Assembly (NCBI RefSeq): GCF_000007985.2
Contig: NC_002939.5
Coordinates: 3,090,001 to 3,122,000 of the forward strand
DNA: 32,000 nt
Reading direction: 5' to 3'
Source: Geobacter sulfurreducens PCA
GTDB lineage: Bacteria > Desulfobacterota > Desulfuromonadia > Geobacterales > Geobacteraceae
The notes beneath the pieces were generated by a model. It did no database searches and had not been told where the DNA came from. It saw only the letters and a list, made by a program, of their open reading frames with translations. A program made the translations under genes and the position numbers. Every line of letters starts with the position of its first letter. The first letter of the stretch is position 1. This document shows, in pieces, positions 27,785 through 32,000 of the stretch.

Positions 27785-28531
27785 CTATAACTTGCTCAGT
27801 ATATCCGGACCATTCTCCGTAATTGCCACTGTATGCTCAAAGTGAGCCGACATGCCCTTGTCACAGGTGACTGCGGTCCATCCATCACTGAGGATTTTAA
27901 CTTGATGCCCCTTTTCGTTGATCATCGGCTCGATGGCCAGTACCATCCCGGCCTTGAGCTTCACGCCGCGCCCCGGCTCTCCGAAGTTGGGCACCTGGGG
28001 GCTTTCGTGAAGATTTTTACCAATGCCGTGTCCAACGAATTCGCGCACAACAGAATAGCCGCGTTCCTCAACAAAGCTTTGCACTGCGTGCGATATATCC
28101 GAAAGCCGGTTGCCGACTACTGATGCCTCAACCGCCCGACAAAGCGACTCTTCGGTTACGGCAAGGAGATCAAGCACACCGGGCTTTACCCTTCCGACGG
28201 GAACGGTAACGGCTGCATCGCCATAAAACCCGTCAACAACAACACCAAAATCGAGGCTGATTATGTCACCCTCGACCAACTCCCGGCTATTCGGCATACC
28301 GTGAACAACCTGCTCGTTAACCGAACAACAGAGCGAATAGGGAAAACCGTTATAACCCTTGAATGCCGGTCGCGCCTTGCGCTTCTTCGCCTCAAGCTCG
28401 GCCAGCTCGTTGAGCTCCAGAGTGGTTACGCCCGGCCTAATGCAAGCCTTGAGAATCTCAAGAACTTCAGCGACTATCCTGGCGGACACCCGCATCTTTT
28501 CAATTTCACGAGGTGACTTGAGTATGATCAC
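27785..28531 (-). CDS. map: Methionine aminopeptidase, type I
   Basis: 248 aa. Metal-ligand blocks: VHGMPN, DFGVVVDGFYGDAA, FVGHGIG, LAIEPM, HFEHTV. Confidence 0.95.
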   Translation of the reverse strand: MIILKSPREIEKMRVSARIVAEVLEILKACIRPGVTTLELNELAELEAKKRKARPAFKGYNGFPYSLCCSVNEQVVHGMPNSRELVEGDIISLDFGVVVDGFYGDAAVTVPVGRVKPGVLDLLAVTEESLCRAVEASVVGNRLSDISHAVQSFVEERGYSVVREFVGHGIGKNLHESPQVPNFGEPGRGVKLKAGMVLAIEPMINEKGHQVKILSDGWTAVTCDKGMSAHFEHTVAITENGPDILSKL

Positions 28532-29181
28532 CCGTTACAACTCTCGACAAGCTTCACAATCTGACGCTGTACATCTTCGATCGGCTCCAGAGCATTCACT
28601 TTCCGCAGGAGCCTCTCACCCTCATAATATGATTTCAGGGGCGCTGTCTGCTCATCATAAACTTCAAGCCTACGCCGCATGGTGTCTTCGCGGTCGTCAT
28701 CACGCTGATAGAGCTCTCCACCACACGCATCACAGACACCGTCAACGAGGGGTGGATCAAATTTGACATGAAATGCCCGTCCGCATGCACGGCACACCCT
28801 GCGACCGACGATACGCTCCAGAAGCACACCCTTGTCGACTTCAAACGAGACGACGTGCTCTATCTGCTTACCCAACGCACCAAGCACCTGCTTGAGTGCA
28901 TCGGCCTGGGCAACGGTACGGGGAAATCCGTCAAGGATAAAGCCGGACGCACAATCAGGCGAAGCTAGCCGCTCCTCTACAATACCGACAACGACACTGT
29001 CAGGGACGAGTGCACCCTGATCCATGTACTCTTTAGCCTTGACCCCCATAGGGGTCTTTGACTTAACGGCTGCGCGAAGTATTTCGCCGGTTGAAATCTG
29101 CGGGACTTCATACGTACGAGTTAACAGGTTTGCCTGCGTCCCCTTGCCGGCACCAGGCGGACCGAGAAACACCAGATTCAT
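28528..29181 (-). CDS. adk: Adenylate kinase (Zn-binding lid variant)
   Basis: Start set at ATG 29181 (MNLVFLGPPGAGKGTQ). Lid domain with CRACG...CDACGG. The stop overlaps the map start. Confidence 0.95.
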   Translation of the reverse strand: MNLVFLGPPGAGKGTQANLLTRTYEVPQISTGEILRAAVKSKTPMGVKAKEYMDQGALVPDSVVVGIVEERLASPDCASGFILDGFPRTVAQADALKQVLGALGKQIEHVVSFEVDKGVLLERIVGRRVCRACGRAFHVKFDPPLVDGVCDACGGELYQRDDDREDTMRRRLEVYDEQTAPLKSYYEGERLLRKVNALEPIEDVQRQIVKLVESCNG

Positions 29182-29202
29182 GCAGCACACTCCACGCCAG
29201 TA

Positions 29203-30510
29203 TTACCGCCCGCCCCGCACCCGCACACCCTTCATAAAACCCTCATAGCTTCGGGTGATGAGATGGGATTCAATCTGTGCCGCGGTGTCCATGCCAACCC
29301 CTACAGCAATGAGCAGAGCAGTGCCGCCGAAGTAGAACGGCAAATTGAACTTGCCGACAAGCACAGACGGGAGAACGCATACAGCCGAGATATACAAGGC
29401 TCCGGCAAAGGTAAGCTTTGTCAGCACCCGATCAAGATAGTCGGACGTTTCCTTGCCCGGACGAATCCCGGGTATATATCCGCCGTGCTTTTTAACGTTC
29501 TCCGCAACATCAACGGGATTAAACGAAACAGCCGTATAGAAATAACAGAAGAAGATAATAAAGGCAACATAAAAGATTTCGTAGGCTAGGTTGCCGGGAG
29601 TCAGACTTTTGGCAACCGTCTGGACCCATGGTACGTTTATAAAGTTTGCGACCGTTGCCGGGAACATGATGATGGACGATGCAAAGATCGGCGGGATAAC
29701 ACCGGCCATATTCACCTTGAGTGGTAAGTGCGAGGTCTGCCCACCATATGTCTTCAGCCCGACAACCCGTTTCGCGTAGTGAATCGGCAACCGTCGCTGC
29801 CCTCGCTCAACGTACACGATTGCAGCAATTACCAGAAACATCAGTGCCACAACAAGCAGGATCACAAACAGTGACAGCTGCCCCGTCTTGATCAGGCGGC
29901 CAGTATTGAGAAGGGCCGTCGGTATCCGTGCGACAATTCCAGCAAAGATGATAAGAGAGATTCCGTTGCCGATCCCCTTCTCGGACATCTGCTCACCGAG
30001 CCACATAATGAATGCCGTCCCAGCGGTCAATGTGATGACTGTCATCAGCCTGAAGCCCCATCCGGGATTAGGAACGACAAGTTCACCTGCCGGTCCGCGC
30101 ATGCTCTCAAGGCCAATGCTGATACCGAGTGCCTGAACCACGCTGAGCACTATCGTACCGTAGCGTGTGTACTGTATGATCTTTTTCCTGCCGGACTCCC
30201 CTTCCTTGGACAATTTCTCAATGGAAGGCACAACCACCGTCAACAACTGGAAAATGATGGACGATGAAATATAGGGCATGATGCCCAGAGCGAAGACGGT
30301 CAGCTTCTCCAGCGCGCCCCCCGAAAACATGTCGAAAAGCCCGAGGAGTGTACCACGGGCTTGAGCGAAGAAGTGCGCAAGTGCGTTGCTGTCGATGCCT
30401 GGGGTCGGGATATGACAACCGACCCGGTAAACTGCCAGCATTCCCAGCGAAAAAAGCACTCGTTTCTTCAGTTCAGGTATTCGGAAGATGTTCTGGAATG
30501 CATCGATCAA
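29203..30510 (-). CDS. secY: Preprotein translocase subunit SecY
   Basis: 435 aa, 10-TM profile. [30 protein letters not shown]. Confidence 0.97.
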   Translation of the reverse strand: MIDAFQNIFRIPELKKRVLFSLGMLAVYRVGCHIPTPGIDSNALAHFFAQARGTLLGLFDMFSGGALEKLTVFALGIMPYISSSIIFQLLTVVVPSIEKLSKEGESGRKKIIQYTRYGTIVLSVVQALGISIGLESMRGPAGELVVPNPGWGFRLMTVITLTAGTAFIMWLGEQMSEKGIGNGISLIIFAGIVARIPTALLNTGRLIKTGQLSLFVILLVVALMFLVIAAIVYVERGQRRLPIHYAKRVVGLKTYGGQTSHLPLKVNMAGVIPPIFASSIIMFPATVANFINVPWVQTVAKSLTPGNLAYEIFYVAFIIFFCYFYTAVSFNPVDVAENVKKHGGYIPGIRPGKETSDYLDRVLTKLTFAGALYISAVCVLPSVLVGKFNLPFYFGGTALLIAVGVGMDTAAQIESHLITRSYEGFMKGVRVRGGR

Positions 30511-30953
30511 AGTGAAATCTCCTCGACAGTACCACCTGCCGCCGCGATTTTTTCTTTAGCCTTTGCGCTGAACTTATGCGCTTTGACGGTAAGTGGCTTG
30601 GTCAGATCGCCATCAGCGAGGACCTTCAGACCGTCCTTGACTCCCCCAATCAGCCCAGCATTGAGAAGCGCTTCAACATCGATGCAGCTTCCAGCCTCAA
30701 AAACTTCCAGCTGACCGACATTGACGAGAGCGTATTCCTTGCGGGTCAAAGGAGTAAAACCACGCTTGGGCAGACGACGCTGCATGGGCATCTGACCGCC
30801 TTCAAAACCGGGCTTGACGCTGCCGCCACTACGGGCCTTCTGACCCTTATGTCCCTTGGTTGCAGTCTTACCGTGACCTGAGCCCGGCCCACGACCGATC
30901 CGCTTTCTATCTTTGGTTGCCCCAACTGCAGGCCTGAGTTCATTGAGTTCCAT
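30507..30953 (-). CDS. rplO: 50S ribosomal protein L15
   Basis: [29 protein letters not shown]...[17 protein letters not shown]. Confidence 0.95.
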   Translation of the reverse strand: MELNELRPAVGATKDRKRIGRGPGSGHGKTATKGHKGQKARSGGSVKPGFEGGQMPMQRRLPKRGFTPLTRKEYALVNVGQLEVFEAGSCIDVEALLNAGLIGGVKDGLKVLADGDLTKPLTVKAHKFSAKAKEKIAAAGGTVEEISL

Positions 30954-30972
30954 TCATACACCTCTGGAGAGA

Positions 30973-31152
30973 TTACTCTACTACCTTCACCATGTGGGCG
31001 ACCTTCTGAACCATACCCACGATTTCAGGAGTGTTCTTGAGTACGACCGTCTTGTTGACCTTGGTCAGACCGAGGCCGTTGAGTACGGCGCGTTGCTTGC
31101 TGGTCGTCCCGATATGGCTCCGGACGAGTGTAATTTTAAGTTCAGCCGACAT
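30973..31152 (-). CDS. rpmD: 50S ribosomal protein L30
   Basis: Not in the ORF track. Hand translation gives MSAELKITLVRSHIGTTSKQRAVLNGLGLTKVNKTVVLKNTPEIVGMVQKVAHMVKVVE, stop TAA. Confidence 0.9.
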   Translation of the reverse strand: MSAELKITLVRSHIGTTSKQRAVLNGLGLTKVNKTVVLKNTPEIVGMVQKVAHMVKVVE

Positions 31153-31173
31153 GCGTTCCCCCGTTAACTCACA

Positions 31174-31662
31174 CTATTCCGTCACGCCTCTGCGTGCCAT
31201 GATCTCTTCAGGGCTCCGCAGCTGCGCCAGACCGTTGAAAGCAGCCTTGACCACGTTGTGAGGGTTGTTAGATCCAAGGCACTTAGACAGCACGTTATGC
31301 AGACCTGCCGCCTCGAAGACGGCTCTGGCAGCGCCACCCGCGATCACACCAGTACCGGCAGAAGCCGGCTTGATAAGTACGCGCCCCGCACCAAAGTGAC
31401 CAAGCACTTCATACGGTATGGTATGGCCTTCTACAATCGGGACTTTGATCAGGTTCTTCTTTGCCTGCTCCACCCCTTTGCGAATGGCTTCGGGGACTTC
31501 GTTCGCCTTGCCGAGTCCGTAACCGACACAGCCATTACCGTCGCCGACGACAACCAAGGCTGAAAAACTGAACCGCCTACCGCCTTTAACAACCTTGGCA
31601 ACACGGCTGATATGGACAACCTTGTCCGTAAGATTCAAATCATTGGGGTTGATCTTGTACAA
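31174..31662 (-). CDS. rpsE: 30S ribosomal protein S5
   Basis: [30 protein letters not shown]...[13 protein letters not shown]. Confidence 0.96.
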   Translation of the reverse strand: MYKINPNDLNLTDKVVHISRVAKVVKGGRRFSFSALVVVGDGNGCVGYGLGKANEVPEAIRKGVEQAKKNLIKVPIVEGHTIPYEVLGHFGAGRVLIKPASAGTGVIAGGAARAVFEAAGLHNVLSKCLGSNNPHNVVKAAFNGLAQLRSPEEIMARRGVTE

Positions 31663-31684
31663 GTTGATGCCTCCTTGTTCCCGA

Positions 31685-32000
31685 TTAGAAGGTCAGGCCG
31701 TTTTCACGGGCCGAATCCGCCAGCGCCTTGATTCGTCCGTGATATAAGAAACCGTTTCTATCGAACACGACGGTCGCAATGTTCTTTTCGAGAGCGCGCT
31801 TCGCAATCAGGGCGCCAACCCGTTTTGCAGCCTCGACATTACCGCAGTGATTCAGGCTCTCTGAAGCCTCTTTCTGTACCGTTGAGGCAGAAACGAGCGT
31901 GGTTCCAGTCGTGTCATCAATGATCTGAGCGTAAATGTGCTGTGCGCTCTTGAACACATTAAGACGCGGACGCTCGGTCGTACCGCGGATCTTCTTTCTC
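31685..32000 (-). CDS. rplR: 50S ribosomal protein L18, 5'-partial (start lies beyond the window end)
   Basis: The frame stays open upstream of the listed Met (…[27 protein letters not shown]…). The C-terminus [25 protein letters not shown] is canonical L18. Confidence 0.9.

Overview
This is a high-GC chromosomal segment whose gene content and order look like a core region of a Geobacter-type Desulfuromonadota genome. I recognise the synteny from memory of G. sulfurreducens but cannot verify it without a search.

Contents from left to right:
- 1-3.4 kb: a periplasmic peroxide-defence cluster. It holds a partial di-haem CCP/MauG-like cytochrome, a secreted glutaredoxin-fold CPHC protein, the di-haem cytochrome c peroxidase CcpA, and rubrerythrin.
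- 3.6-8.6 kb: two convergent sensor kinases. One is a cytoplasmic multi-PAS kinase. The other is a hybrid kinase with a periplasmic CxxCH haem sensor domain.
- 8.7-10.6 kb: a divergent LysR/YeiH-family pair.
- 10.8-14.9 kb, minus strand: nifHDK. It has a sigma54 promoter and an intrinsic terminator inside the nifH leader, and a REC-ANTAR response regulator gene lies immediately upstream.
- 16.0-21.2 kb: an HlyD + 2 ABC ATPase + 2 ABC-2 permease operon.
- 21.2-24.5 kb: a small ferritin-like protein, a membrane-anchored degenerate GGDEF protein, a class II photolyase, and a small YjfB-like ORF behind a sigma28-type promoter.
- 24.5-32.0 kb, minus strand: the ribosomal spc/alpha cluster, rplR-rpsE-rpmD-rplO-secY-adk-map-rpmJ-rpsM-rpsK-rpsD-rpoA-rplQ. 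rpmJ and rpmD are too short for the supplied ORF track, so I translated them by hand.

I found no tRNA or rRNA genes, CRISPR arrays, transposases, integrases or recognisable defence genes, so this reads as an ordinary core region rather than an accessory island.

The most interesting signals are RNA-level features around nif. One is the leader terminator with tandem hairpins next to the ANTAR regulator. The other is a GGAUUG-hexaloop hairpin found directly 5' of the Shine-Dalgarno (SD) sequence of both nifH and nifK, with compensatory stem changes. Several unusual protein features are also listed. Nothing here amounts to a demonstrably new multi-gene system, and the claims are graded accordingly.
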